Assembly: GCF_021028975.2 (NCBI RefSeq)
Contig: NC_059426.1
Span: forward strand, 146,258,001 to 146,322,000
Direction of reading: 5' to 3'
DNA: 64,000 nt
Source: Sphaerodactylus townsendi
Lineage: Eukaryota
Of this stretch, positions 46,807 through 59,860 are shown in pieces. The position numbers were made by a program, and so were the translations under genes. The notes under the pieces are model-generated. The model did not search any database. It had not been told where the DNA came from and saw nothing but the letters and a program-made list of their open reading frames with translations. How positions within the stretch are numbered: position 1 is the stretch's first letter; every line of letters starts with the position of its first letter.

Positions 46807-49254
46807 TCAGCTCAGGCTAGCCCAGTGTTCAGCCCTGGGCTGCCTGCCATCTCCAAGCCCCGCCTGCTGTTTTGAGGTGGTTATTTAGGAACTTGGTGCA
46901 AAACTGGAATTTTTCAGGTTTAAAAGTGTACTAGACCTGAAAAATTTTGAATTTTTGAAAAAGTTGGGAAAAAACTATATAGGTATGGAAATGTGCCTTT
47001 TTATTTTTTAAAAAAAAATTGGGTCTATTAAATTTGAATCACCACCACCAAATGCAGAAAAAAATGTGCACATCCTTGTTGGCCACTCAGAATAAAAAGC
47101 AGAATAAAAAAAGAATCTGACTCATCCATCTTCATAACTCTGGTATTGGTATGCTTGGTGTGAAGAGATGTTGTTCAGCCCTTCAAATTCTAGCAGATCA
47201 GGATATTCAGTTTGAAACTGGATCTCTTTCAGGCCTGCTATCTACAGCACATAAATGATATTCAGGAAGTGAAACACTGGCAGGAGTGGAGGGAAGTTAC
47301 CTCAGCTTCAATCTGAACCCAAGTTCAGTCTATAAAATAATGCAAAGGAAGTCAAGAGAGAATCATATTCTAGCATCTTTCCCTCCACTTAATTCTGCTC
47401 ATGAATCCCCATGTTATTTAATCCAGTCCTGGTGAAAATTATATGCACTGTTTCATGATCTGACTCCGTCAATCTGCTTACATGTCTTGGAATTTGTCCT
47501 GTATAAAGCTAAGTTCCATACTATAGAGTCCTCATGGCAGCCAGGAGATATATGCCTAGGGTTTCCCAAAAGGCACTTAATAGCCAGAATGGATCTGGAC
47601 CATGATGAACATGGGGAAGAGTTTTTAGTCTCCCTCCCTTAAGCTGTTTTCCCAGCCTTCAAAATCACAGGGTGGTTTGTTTGGCCTCTTTGGAAATTTC
47701 TACTAGTACAGTTAAATATGTATAAGCTTCCCCTATGGGACAAATCCCCATCACCATTTCAGGTTGGGAAAATAATGTGGGGAGAAGAAGTTTAAGCCCC
47801 TTCTGTCCACATACCATGGTCCCAATCCAAATCAGACCTGAATATGCCTGGGAATTAAGTTCCCAAACAGAGATCCTAGTACATGTCTGACAGAAACTTG
47901 CCTGGCAGGCACAAGGACTTTGTACTGTGTGAATTTGTCCTCTGCTATGTTATTTCATTATCCAGGTGCTACAAATACTTCCCAAAAGTCTAACATTATG
48001 GACATGGAGTATTTTAACAAGAATTAGACTATACTTTAAAAACATTTTTCTCATTCCAAATCCAGATGGTGATATGTTTAGCGTCCACTCTCCAACCCGT
48101 CCCATAAAGATCTTAGAAAGGGTTTATAGTAGTTCTGAAATTCTAATAACTAAGATAACAAAATGGAATTGGCCATTGAGGGCACTCATATATCACCTGT
48201 TCCAGTTGCAGGCAGGCAGGCAGGCTAGCTTTACATGTAGCTGGAACTCTTTGCTTTGTTTAAATACACCTAAGTCCATTGACCTGCAGTGTTACGAAGA
48301 ATTCCAAGTACACTTATCTAGAATAATAATTAGATGTAGGTGAAGTGAGCGTGTCTGTTCCAGGCCTGAATTCCAGAGGCCACGTTTTCAATGTTTTGTG
48401 ACTGTTTTTTTAAAAAAAATAGGGTTAAAAGTACAATCTGTATCTTCCCAGACAATTAAAATGTCCTGACTTTCCTATGACTAAACCAGTATTTTCTGAG
48501 AATCTCAGCTCCATTTCATCTAGAGCAACTCTTGATTCTTTAAAAATGATGACAAAACTTGGTTGATTGCTCATGTATTCGGGCTCTGAAGAGGAAGACA
48601 ACTGCAAATCCTTTCAGCTTCTCACTTGCCTTGAAAACCTCTTGCTGGAGTCTCCATACATTGGCTGCAACTTGATGGCACTTTTCACATGCACACACAC
48701 AATGTGTTCTGGATCTAAGTAAAACCCTAATTTCACAGTGAGAGCATATTATTAAAAAAAGTGAACAGGAAGGCTTTCATACAAAATTAAGTGTGAAAAC
48801 AAGAGACACATCCAAGATAAGAAAAACAGATGTTGCTGGATTGGAAACATGGGAATTGTAAGTTGAAAGGAACAGTCAAGCATCTCCAGGGAAAAATAGG
48901 GAGTACTTTGATTAGAACCAAATCCAGTACCAATACTGATAGATAAAGGTAGCAGAAGATATGGAAACATTATACTGTCTGTTCCAGCATCAAGACAGGA
49001 ATCCACTCTTGGTGAATCAGAAGTTTTGAGGAAATTGATAGGAATAGGAAATGGTGATGCTAATGAAAAGACAGCTAGCCAAAATATCAGCAGATTTGTC
49101 TGCAGATATACAGGGAAAAGATGTGGCTCATTAGTAGAGGAACTGCTTTGCATTCAGATTGCCCCAAATCCAATCCCTGGCATTTTCAGCGAAAAAGATA
49201 GGTAGTAGGTGGTATGAAAGACTTGCTCCTGAGACCCTGGGTAATGACGGCCAG

Positions 49255-49655
49255 TCATAGAATCATAGAGTTGGAAGAGAACACAAGGACCATCCAGCCC
49301 AACCCCCTGCCATGCAGGAACACACAGTCAAAGCACCCCTAACAGATAGCCATCCTGCCTCTGTTTGAAATCCTCCAAAGAAGGAGACCCCACCACCTTC
49401 TGAGACAATGTATTCCACTGTCAGACAGCCCTTACTGTCAGGAAGTTCTTCCTAATGTTTAGGTGGAACTGTTTTCTCACAGTGTAAATCCATTACTCCT
49501 TGTCCTAATCTCTGGAATAGCAGAAAACAAGTTTGCTGCCTCTTCAACATGACTTCCCTTCAAATATTTAATCATGGCTATCATGTCACCCCTGAATCTT
49601 CTCTTCTCCAGATTAAACATACTCAGCTCCCTAAATCTCTTTACATAGGACATGG
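49255..49655 (-). mobile_element. CR1 3' end fragment
   Basis: tcatagaatcatagagttggaag tail; aggaagttcttcctaatgtttaggtggaa; homologous to 14200-14560. Confidence 0.88.
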
Positions 49656-51791
49656 TTGAGGATAGTTTCTCAAAAAAACCCCTAGAAGACTATATATTGC
49701 AAGAATCAGCAGGACCAGTTAAGTGCAACCATGTATTTTGGGGGCTGAACAGTGAGCACGAGCCTGCAAAGCAAATGTGCTAGGTAAATGTCAACAAATA
49801 GCAGCACGGAGAATCCCTTCAGCTGCACACAAAATGTCGAGTGCAAACTGAGAGTAGGTCAGGCGGCAAACAACCTCCCCCTCACCTTTGCTGTCTGGAA
49901 AGTACCCAGAAGCCGCCTCTTTTTAAGATGTCCTCCAGATGTCTTATTTTGGGTGTGTGGAGAGAAGTGAGGCGGTCAGCTCTTTTTAAGACATCCCACA
50001 GACATCTTTTTTGGTGCTGTACTAAATGGACCGAGACCCATCTTCCCACTGCTCCAGTGAAAAATTCAGTAGGATTCAACCCACTGCAATTTTTACCATG
50101 CCTTTCCAAGGAAGGCTCAAAGCAACTCCAAGAAATAAGTAGAGAATCAGTCTTAATCAATCAGAAATAGTAAAGAATCAGTCTTAATCAGAAAGAACAT
50201 TATTTTGGCCATATCTACAATGTGCAAACATAACAAAATTACTCATAGTTATCCAACACAACATTTCACTTCCAATTGTTAATTTAGTGGCAGCTGGTAA
50301 ATATAATTTCTGTAAATACTGTATTATTCTGCTTCTTTCCACTGGGCTAGTTAATTTTGCATGTTTGTTTTCTGCATCTCTGACAGCTGGATTGATTTTT
50401 CTCCCTTTATGTTTTTCTGTGCAGAAACACCAAGAGAGTAATAGCAGATCCAGCATTTCAAGATGACCAACAAATGCTTGCTGGGCTAGTAGCAAGAGAT
50501 TGATACCTCTAGAATAGTAATGCTTTTTGTTACGTTTTCTCCTTCCATTCTAGAGAAAACTGGCCTTTGTTTACCTTTTATTTTATAAGATTTCCAATTA
50601 AACTTGCATGTATCAGTTCACTGGGTAGTTGTATTTCTGTATTAATTCTGACATGTATTACAGTAAAAGTTTGAAAAGTCCTTTGTTTTCCTTAAACAAT
50701 AAAGAAACTCATATAGAAGCCTAAGGTTACCACAGTGGCTCCAAAATAGGAAGGGAAGTGTGGTAATGCCTAATCTGAGCCAAAAATCTCTCTTTCTTTG
50801 TAGTTACTGTGTGCCCAGTGAGAGTGGGCAACCTCCTGCCCCCAGTCTTAGTCCCCTGCCTTCAGTAAATTTAGCAGTAGGAGAAAAATGGAGGGATAAC
50901 ATTGTAATGGTGATCATCTAATCATGCTCCCTCATCTCCATGGTAAAGACTGATGTAATTCCTATAATGTCACCTGGAAATGACATCACAGTAACTATAT
51001 CGGACTTCCAAAGTGATGTCACATCCTCCTTGCTACTGACAAGAGAATGTCACTTCTTGTGACTCTCCCGACATGGTATTGCACATTCACAGAACACCAA
51101 AGATATTCTCCCCACCCCCCCCACCCCCGCCCCACTGTAAATCCTTTTGCTGGGGCACCAGCAACCATAGGTCCTCTTGTCCTCAAATTCTGCCCTTCTG
51201 AGTCACTGCTTCCAAATCTCTTATGAAATTTTAAAGCTTGAACCCAAGGAAGCCTGCAAAGGGATAGACTATAGTAATCCAAGTCCAGGCTTCAAAAATA
51301 GGATTGCCAACTCTAGGAAACTCTAATGAGGGGTGGAGCCCACTGAGGGTCACTGCCATGTCACCATGTCAAAGTTTTCTCCCTTTAAAAAGTCTGTGTG
51401 TGGGCTGATCCAAATCAGTTTGCCCACAGGCTATATAATGAGATAATTGCTTTCCTCTTTTCCTGTGCATAGGCCTGATTCAGAATCAGCTCACACAGAA
51501 GGTATTCAAAGGGGGGGAAGTTGGGTTTTGTTCCATTGAGAAACCTGAGTCTGGACCTGATCCAAAAGTGACATATGCACAGGCTGTTGAAAAGGTAGAA
51601 AGCTTAAAGCCCTTTGAATACCATTTCACATCAGAACTGCTACTCAAAGCCCTCTCTCAATCAGAACCCCTCACAGCTATTTGCAGAACAATTTAAAATG
51701 TGTATATACTGATACTGGAAACAGTAATTGCCCCAAATAATAGCTGATGGGTCAGGGAACTTTCTTCCTCAGTTAAGGATCCAAGCCACAG

Positions 51792-52135
51792 GAAAGCCAA
51801 CATGGTGTAGTAGTTAAGAGCAGGAGGATGCTAATCTGGAGAACAATTTAATTCCCTACTCCTCCACCAAGTAGAAGGTTCTTTAGTGAAATTGATTTGT
51901 TTCCCCTGGGAAGTGTAGGGACGGAGTCCCTGATCCAGCATAGTGTAGTAGCTAGGAGCAGGTGGACTCTCCCCACAACAGACACCTTGTAAGGTATGTT
52001 GGGTGTGGGGGGGGGCTGAGAGAGTTCTGAACAAACTGTGACTAGCCCAAGGTCACCCAGCAGGAATGCAGGAGTGGGGAAACAAATCTGGTTCACCAGA
52101 TAAGAATTCACCGCCCATGTGGTTTCCCTGCTCCT
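51792..52135. mobile_element. Rearranged tRNA-related SINE pieces (head repeated, inverted 3' piece)
   Basis: Heads at ~51800 and ~51940, followed by an opposite-orientation segment. Confidence 0.55.
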
Positions 52136-52149
52136 TCACATGAAGCCTG

Positions 52150-53240
52150 CTATTGACATTTCTCTCAGAACTTTGTCTGGAGGCCGTGGCTGGTTGGTTA
52201 GAAAAGAGCAGACTGAAGCTAAATCCATCAAAGATGGAGGTCCTATGGCTGGGTTGGGGTGATCCAGTAGAGGAGTTCTGGCTGCCAAATTTTGGCATGT
52301 GGTATTACATCCAGCCACTTCGGTTAAGAGCCTGGGTGTGACTCTGGATTCCACTTTTTCTATGGAGGCCCAGGTCACCAACACACAGAGGATCACCTTT
52401 TACCATCTTTGTCAGGCTAGGCAATTGGCCCCCTTCTTAACCTGCCCTGACTTAGTCACAGTGATCTATGCAACTGTCACCTCCAGGCTGCATCTTGCTG
52501 TATATAGGCCTGCCCTTGATTCTCAGAAACTAACATTGGTTGCAGCAGCTAGACTTTTCACTAGTGCTTTGGTGGGAAAGCATATTATACCTGTGCTTCA
52601 GCAGCTGCACTGGTTCCCAGTAGAATGCTGAATCAGGTCCAAGGTTTTGGTTTTAACCTTTAAGGCCCTGAGTGTTCTAGGACTATCATATCTATGGAAA
52701 AGCATTACCCCACACTGCCCAAGGACGATGTTCTGGTCCTCCAATAAAAAAACCTCCTGGTAGTCCCTGACCCCAGGGACGTGTGATTGGTCTTGACCAG
52801 AGCCAGGGCTTTTGCGGCCCTGGCTCCAGCCTGGTGAAATTCTCTGTCAACAGACACAAGAGCCCTACAGGGCCTTAAACAGTTCTGCATGGTTTGTAAG
52901 AAGAGATGTTCTACCAAGCCTTTGGTTGAGGCCACTCGTATATCCCATTACCCTCATTGCCGGCCTCCCTACAACAAGCAATATGCTACATAAGTATTGT
53001 CCTCCCCTTAAACTCACCCATACTTGGATAGTTTTATTGGAATGTACTTGCAAGTTGGACTGGGAGTTTTATAGACTTGAATAATGTTGCCACCTTGGGG
53101 TTCTTAAAGATAAATGTGTTTAATGAATGTTAATGAAACCAAGGCTAGTGAATTTTAATGTATTAGTGAATTGTTTTTGAATATGTTTGTGTACCCTCCT
53201 GAGCCCATCCTCAGTCAGTGAGGATGAGATAGAAATTTAA
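52150..53240 (+). mobile_element. Older degenerate L2-clade LINE 3' fragment, same family as 2577-3735
   Basis: CLEAVAGWLEKSRLKLNPSKMEVLW, SLGVTLDS..MEAQV..YHLCQARQLAPFL..LHWFPVE; many frameshifts. Confidence 0.9.
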
Positions 53241-54086
53241 CAAAATAAAATGAATCCAACCTCTTGTTCATCATCTTAAATATTACTTCTCAGTGTTAAT
53301 TAAAATGTATTTCTGACCATCAGCCTTTAATTCAAGATTCTGGCTGGGTCTAATGGGCAACTATGATCACAGGCCAGAGTGAAACAATGATTATCCCCCC
53401 TCTCTCTCCCCCGCTCCCGCCACCCATCATACAGCCTCCTTGAAGCAGGGAATAACTGCAGCTGTTACATTTGTGTGAGCCATGGAGTTTTTAAAGACAC
53501 AGGAGCCCAGCCAACATATAAACATCCACCCATGCGTTTGAGCTTCCCTGCATGTTTACATGCTAGCACCATCTTCCCAGGGGGCAGACATTGCTTGAGT
53601 ATTATATAAACACAGAAAAAAGCCCAGGGATGTGGGCGGCAGTTTTTATATGTTCCTGGAAGTGATGTGGGAGCAACTGTGGAGGCGGTGGGAACCACAC
53701 TGCCCTGGGGTTGGGGGCTTCTTCCAGGCTGTTTCTCAGCTCTGCTCTGGAATCAAAACAACATCACAAGTTACGTCAAATGATGGAACTGATTACTAAA
53801 GTGGATTACACATTTTTCTCTTTTACTGGAATTGGTTCCAGTAACTTCAAAGTCCATGGTGAATATGGGTGGAAGAAACATTTTAGTGAAACTCCGGAAT
53901 ATCTTGCTGGTTCTAGTTTGATCCTACCCATCTGAGCCTCAGTGAGAAAGATTCAAATGCAATAGCTCCTTTGAAAGCTTATACACTGGAAGTCTGGTTG
54001 GTTTTTAAATTGCCACTGGACTCAAATCTTGTTCTTCTATTGCAGACTACCATGGTTACCATGTGAAATTGCCTTCAGTGAGAAAG

Positions 54087-54266
54087 NNNNNNNNNNNNNN
54101 NNNNNNNNNNNNNNNNNNNNNNNNNNNNNNNNNNNNNNNNNNNNNNNNNNNNNNNNNNNNNNNNNNNNNNNNNNNNNNNNNNNNNNNNNNNNNNNNNNNN
54201 NNNNNNNNNNNNNNNNNNNNNNNNNNNNNNNNNNNNNNNNNNNNNNNNNNNNNNNNNNNNNNNNNN
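54087..54266. other. Assembly gap (180 N)
   Basis: Run of N. Confidence 0.99.
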
Positions 54267-54289
54267 GATAAATGGAACTCTTGCAGATA

Positions 54290-54480
54290 TCAGCCTCCAG
54301 GTGGGACCTGGGGATCCCTGGAATTACCGCTCATCTACAAACTACAGAGATCAATTCCCCTGGAGAAAATGGATGTTTTGGAGAAGGGACTGTATGGCAT
54401 TGGACCCCACTGAGGTTCCTGTCCTCTCAAAGCTCCCATCCCCAAGTCTCCAGGAGTTTCCCAACCTGGATTTGACAACT
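54290..54480. mobile_element. Abundant AGGGTTGCCA MITE copy
   Basis: cagcctccaggtgggacctgggga...tttcccaacctggatttgacaac. Confidence 0.6.
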
Positions 54481-55816
54481 TTAACACACACACCCCATCT
54501 ACTGTCAGTGGCCAGGATGGAGGCAGCCCTTTGTTCTCTCAGCATGATTCATCACTAGGTTGTCTCCAAAGTAGACTTCATGTGATTGGAAGGCACACTC
54601 TTACAGAGAAGGGGTGTCTGCAATTTCTGCAGACTCCCTACTCAAGCTACTCTCCCCCACAATTCTTGGGCCCCCATACTTAATCTCAGAAAAAGTTTAT
54701 CATATGGAGTAGGGGCACAAAAAGACTGAAGGAACAGGAAAGACCTGTTCCACAACTGCTTCTTTTGGGTCCAATCCACCAATTTTAAGCTTCAAGTTCT
54801 CTCCACCTCTCCACAAGATAATTTTTCTTAACAGGTTATCTGAAGAGCTTTCCAGTCAATGGTAACCTCTTGTCTCCTGCTGCCCAGCCTCTGAGGCCTC
54901 AGTCCACATGCTGCTAGTGAATGATAATAAGTAAGAGAGTTGAGATAATACATAAAATTCTGATAGCCATTTCCCGGATGTCAGTTTTAGTAATGGGGAG
55001 GGGGAAGTGATTACATGTCTAGTAAATCTGCTGGCTCTTGGTAGCTGGAAGGTACCCAGATTTACCTTCTGTCCTGAATTTCAAGCCAGTATTATGAAGA
55101 AGGAGGAAAAACACACAGGCAACAGTGGTATTAACCAAGACCTTCTAAAACGCTATTGCTCCCATTAGATGTAATGCATAAAATTGGAGCCTGCATCATT
55201 ACAAAGGAGACAGCTGGCAGAGCAGCCACACAGGAGCAGTGGGCGGGATGTGAAGCTTTGCAAGTTTATAATAATGAGCCAAGCACAGAACAGCATGGAA
55301 TGCTACGGCGATGTGCCCCTTGATCCCCATTCTTTCACAGTTGGGAACAGGGACCTTACAAATGTATGTAAATCCTTTTGCCAGCTATCGGGCTCAATGG
55401 AAACATTATTGCTTTAACTGAACAAGGAAGGGAACTCTTGGATGAAATCCAATTGCACAGAAGTGACCTAGATCCATTAGGGAGGCAGATATAAAAGAAA
55501 TGCTGCAAGACCTTCTAGAGGTGAAACTGACTTGAGAAAACTTCAGCGGGTTCACAAGCGAGATGAGATTCTAGTGCAGTGCAGCTAAAAATGGATCTGA
55601 TTGGTGCAATGGTGCCAGGGGAAGGTGGTTAACCTTTGCTGCGTGCTTTTTCTTGAATCAAAATCACCGCTCTGGTGCTGCAATAGGTCCTATAAGGGAA
55701 GTAAAATTCAGGTGCAGCATCTGTATCTGTATATTCCCCGCCCCCCACCCCCCCGCTCCCATCAGGCTGAAAGCAGCCGAAGAGGAAAGGTTGTTTTTGA
55801 TCTAGAAAGCACATTA

Positions 55817-56270
55817 AAAGATAAAGGTAGTCCCCTGTGCAAGCACTGGGTCATTTCCGGAGGCGTAGCTCCAAGGGGGTGGGGGGTGGGGCACAAGACG
55901 CATTGGGTGCACGAGATGCATTGGTTGCATGTCCCTGTGGAGGTGTGGCGGGGGTGTGGCAGGGGTGTGGACAACGGTGAACTGGGCGCTTTCCCCCCTT
56001 GCTACGCCTCTAGTCATTACTGACCCATGGGATGATGTCACATCATGACCTTTACTAGGCAGACTTTGTCTACAGGATGGTTTACCATTGGCTTCTTTAG
56101 TCATCTACATTTTACCCCCAGCAAGCTGTGTACTCATTTTACTGACCTCAGAAGGATGGAAGGCTGAGCCAACCTTGATCCAGCTACTTGAAACCAATTT
56201 ACATCAGGATCAAACTCAAGTCACAAGCAGAGCTTGGACTGCAGTAATGCAGCTTACCACTTTTTCCCTC
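55817..56270 (-). mobile_element. Sauria-SINE-like element interrupted by a hAT MITE
   Basis: aaaggtagtcccctgtgcaagcac...gaaggatggaaggctgagccaaccttg. Confidence 0.8.
55858..56012. mobile_element. hAT MITE, CAGAGGCGTAGC family (155 bp)
   Basis: cggaggcgtagc/gctacgcctcta; TSD gtcatttc/gtcattac. Confidence 0.85.
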
Positions 56271-57595
56271 AGGGAATTTAGCTTCTCCTCCCGCAGCATC
56301 TCTCTGCCAATCAAATCTGGTGCACTAGGCAAGAAGAGCATGCTGGGAACTTTCGGAACTTTCTTTGCAGAATTATGATAGCATTTACAGTACAGTTGAT
56401 GGATACACATCAACTCATGCAAATGAACCTCTTAGCTTTATGGGCAACTCTATGTGCTAAAAGCAAGTAAAGTAGTTTTATTCAAACTGAAAAAAGTACA
56501 GTGGGTCTGATTTTAGAGGCACCTGACCTGCATCCTTAATCCTCTATTCTCTCTGTGTATTTCTCTGTACATCGAGCATAATAAATTCTAATACTTGTTT
56601 GATTATGATGATTAATTGTTTAATTCCTGTAAATGCGAAATACTAATACCAGGGCACAAAGGGGAGAGCCCAGAGGCTGATGAACACGTTTGGACCTGCT
56701 GTAGCTTATTCATCCGGAAGAGCGTGTGGGCTCTTGTGAGTTAAGCAACTGGCACATCTTTTCACTGCTTGTATTTGTTTGCATAGCATAAATGTTTTAT
56801 AAACTTGCCTTTTTAATTATATGCAGTGTTGAGAGAGAGTCCAGGTGCACCAGAGCTCTTACATTATGCAATGAGGAGAAACCCTCCCCCCCACACCCCT
56901 CTGTAGATAGAAAATGAATAGTTTATGCCAGTACAATTCAGTTCTTCAGGCACAAGACTCAAATATTATTTATCCAATGAAAATAGGTGTCCTTCTTCTA
57001 TATTACACGAGAGAGTAGCCCATGAAAACTAGAGATGAGCAAATCTACTTTTTTGTTTTTCCTCTGCTTTTCACTCTGGGTTTTGTAGATTTGTTTATAA
57101 TGTGTACATATGTGCCCATATGCCATCTGTATATTTATATTTATTTCATGTATAATATGCATACGATGTATGATGCTGATTTGCTGAGGACCAAATAACA
57201 TTGAGGAAAGTGTATATCTTTGAAAGGGAAACATTCAGTGTGAGGGAACTGAAAATGGTGTGAAAGTAAAGAATCAGGAGTTCCATTTGCACAGGAGAGA
57301 AGAAAAAATGAAACCAGGGATATTGATGTGAAAACTACAGGGGTGAGAAATTTGAAATTATCCCAGTGCAAAAGGCAAGGAGGTTGGTCAGGGATCCCAA
57401 GTCCAACACATATTAACCTTTAAGGTTAATTTTAAAGGATCTTCTTGAATGCATTTGCCAGATGCCTCATTTTAAATGCGCTCGTGTCTCCTCTTGTGTG
57501 TTTAATAGCAACTTAATCTGCAAATATCTAAAGCAGTGCAATCCTAAACAGAGTTTTTCCCTTCTAAGTTTGTGGGGCTGATTTTGCATTTTCTA

Positions 57596-57827
57596 CCCTG
57601 TTTCCCCGAATATAAGACATCCCCTGAAAATAAGACTTAGTAGAGGTTTTGCTGAAGTGCGAAATATAAGGCATCCCCCGAAAGTAAGACGTAGCAAAGT
57701 TTTTGTTTGGAAGCATGCCTGACGAACAGAACACTGAAAAATGAGACATCCCCTGAAAATAAGACATAGTGCATCTTTGAGAGCAAAAATTAATATAAGA
57801 CACTGTCTTATTTTCGGGGAAATACGG
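57596..57827. mobile_element. Tc1/mariner (Tc2-like) MITE (232 bp)
   Basis: TA|ccctgtttccccgaa...ttcggggaaatacgg|TA; internal taagacatcccctgaaaataagac repeats. Confidence 0.85.
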
Positions 57828-59681
57828 TAAATGCTCCGTGGCTTAGCCAGGGAGCGTACCTGCTGCAGGACTTCTCACCCTGTTTGTAATTCCCCACTGC
57901 TGCCCGGCTCTTTCCTTCTCTCGAGTCAAGGCTGGTGAGGGAAACCCTGAATGGTTCCCCACAAGCCTGCTCAGCACTTGTCCATTGGTGGGGCAGGCTA
58001 GAGCAGTGAAGCAGGAAAACTGGCCCTGTTTCTGCTATGGAGGAGTTTTGCTGGGTGGTGAAAGCCTCTAGAGCAACAAAGGGGCATTTCAAAAGGACCT
58101 CAACCGTTGCTGTTCAGTAGATTTGTGGAGTAAAGCCATTGCGCAGAACTGCTCCAGGGCAGAAATATGGCAGCCATGCTGCAGCACCGGGGGCTGTGCA
58201 GAACTTCCAATTGCATCAGGGCATTCCCCGTGCCAACAGAGGGGCAATTCCAGTGTGCAAAATCAGCCTGTGTGTCAGTGAGCTTAGAAGAGTGTAGTTC
58301 TCTTTGGGATTGCACTGAAGTTGAAGTGTTTCATAGTATGACGATATGGACTATCACACCAATGGATATCTGCAGATCAGGCTGTTTTTACTGCGCACTG
58401 CTGTGGCTTTGAAATGATGGTTAAACCTTCTGAGAGGCCACAATATCAGAAGCAGATTATTGCCATTCCTTCCTAAAAAGACAAGAGACATGCTCTTCAG
58501 AATTAAAATCACTAATCACTTCAGAATTAAAGTTGCCCGTTCCAGCTTGTGAAATTCCTTGATTTGCGGGTGAAGTCTGGGAGAGGAGGAAGCTCAGCAA
58601 GTATGTGATTCTGTAGATTCTGTCTGTTTCCTCCATGGTCCTGATCTCTGTAGTTCAGAGGTCAGCTGTAATTCCAAGAAAACTCCAGGGACCACCTGGT
58701 AGATGGCAACCCCAGAATCCACCGTGACCCCTTTGTGTCTGTTCTGGCTAAGCAGCTGGGTTGTGCACCAATCTTCTTGCTCATCTTCCACTCCAAATCA
58801 CCAGTGTCACAAGAGGTGAAGGGCATTCCCTTCAGGGCCCATACCATGGGCATGTACTGCTGGTGAGGTTTGGCTTAGACACAGTTGGTAGTGACTCAGG
58901 CCGAGGAAGGGATGGTGGACCTCACTTGGAATGAAAAAATACCTTGAGTTTCCCCTGAGCAAGATATAATAAGAGGGTCTACATATTTATTTGTGTGTCT
59001 TTCTGTTTATGTGTAGAGCAGGGAGTGTGTGAGATTTTGTTTGTAGAAAGTGGGGCATGCAGGTGAGAGGAGCTAAATCCTGTCTTTTCCCACCACATTC
59101 CTTTGGTTGATGAACCAGTCTGTTCTGGTTTCAGTTCCAGAAGAGAGCCAAGCTATAAGAAACAATGTTAGGGACTGAGACTGAGAAGGATGGAGTTTAG
59201 AGATGGGCTAGAATTCAGCAGGGATTTGATGCCATAGATAGACTCTACCTTCCAAATCTACCATTTTCTTCAGGGGAGCCCATTTCCATACCTTGGAGAT
59301 TAGTGGGGATTCTGGAAGAACTCCAGGCCCCTACTGAAGGTTGGCAACCTTATTCAAAATGCCATTGCACTGTAGGCAAAGCTTTCTCATCACCACAGTT
59401 GGCTGGGTGGCCTAGCACTCACAGCCATCGCAAACCATCGCAGGGTCTTGAGAGATCTAGGCCACATCCAGTTACTGAAGACCTCGGCATAAGGTAAATA
59501 AAACGTGATAACATATAAAAACAAAACACTCATCAAAAATGTGTGGGAGAAATTGTAAAATTTAGCAAATTTCCCCCAATTAACAAGTGTCTAAATTTGA
59601 GGCCTCCTTCTAAATACCTTTCCCCTCAGTTGGACCTGAATATGAGTAGAAAATGCCATTGTGTGCAAGAATTAGAAGTAC

Positions 59682-59860
59682 TACTGCCAACTCTAGACTA
59701 GGAAATTCCTGGAGGTTTGTTGGTGATGCCTGGAGAGGGCAGAGTTTAATGTCATCAAGTCAACCAACCAAAGGGGCCATTTTATCCAGATCACTGTTGT
59801 CTGGAGATCATTTCTAATTCCAAGAGATCTCCAGAACCCAGCTGGAGGTTGGTAACCCTA
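59682..59860. mobile_element. Abundant AGGGTTGCCA MITE copy (others near 38860-39060, 41281-41457, 58540-58712, 59180-59349)
   Basis: ggaggttggtaacccta end; shared core. Confidence 0.6.

Noticed and set aside
31436-50195. Short local tandem duplications (31436-31471, 35392-35452, 50143-50193)
   Set aside because: Ordinary slippage or repair duplications of 18-25 bp with no further structure
57600-57810. CRISPR-like repeat-spacer pattern
   Set aside because: Subterminal repeats of a TA-flanked Tc1/mariner MITE in a vertebrate genome; irregular spacing and no cas genes
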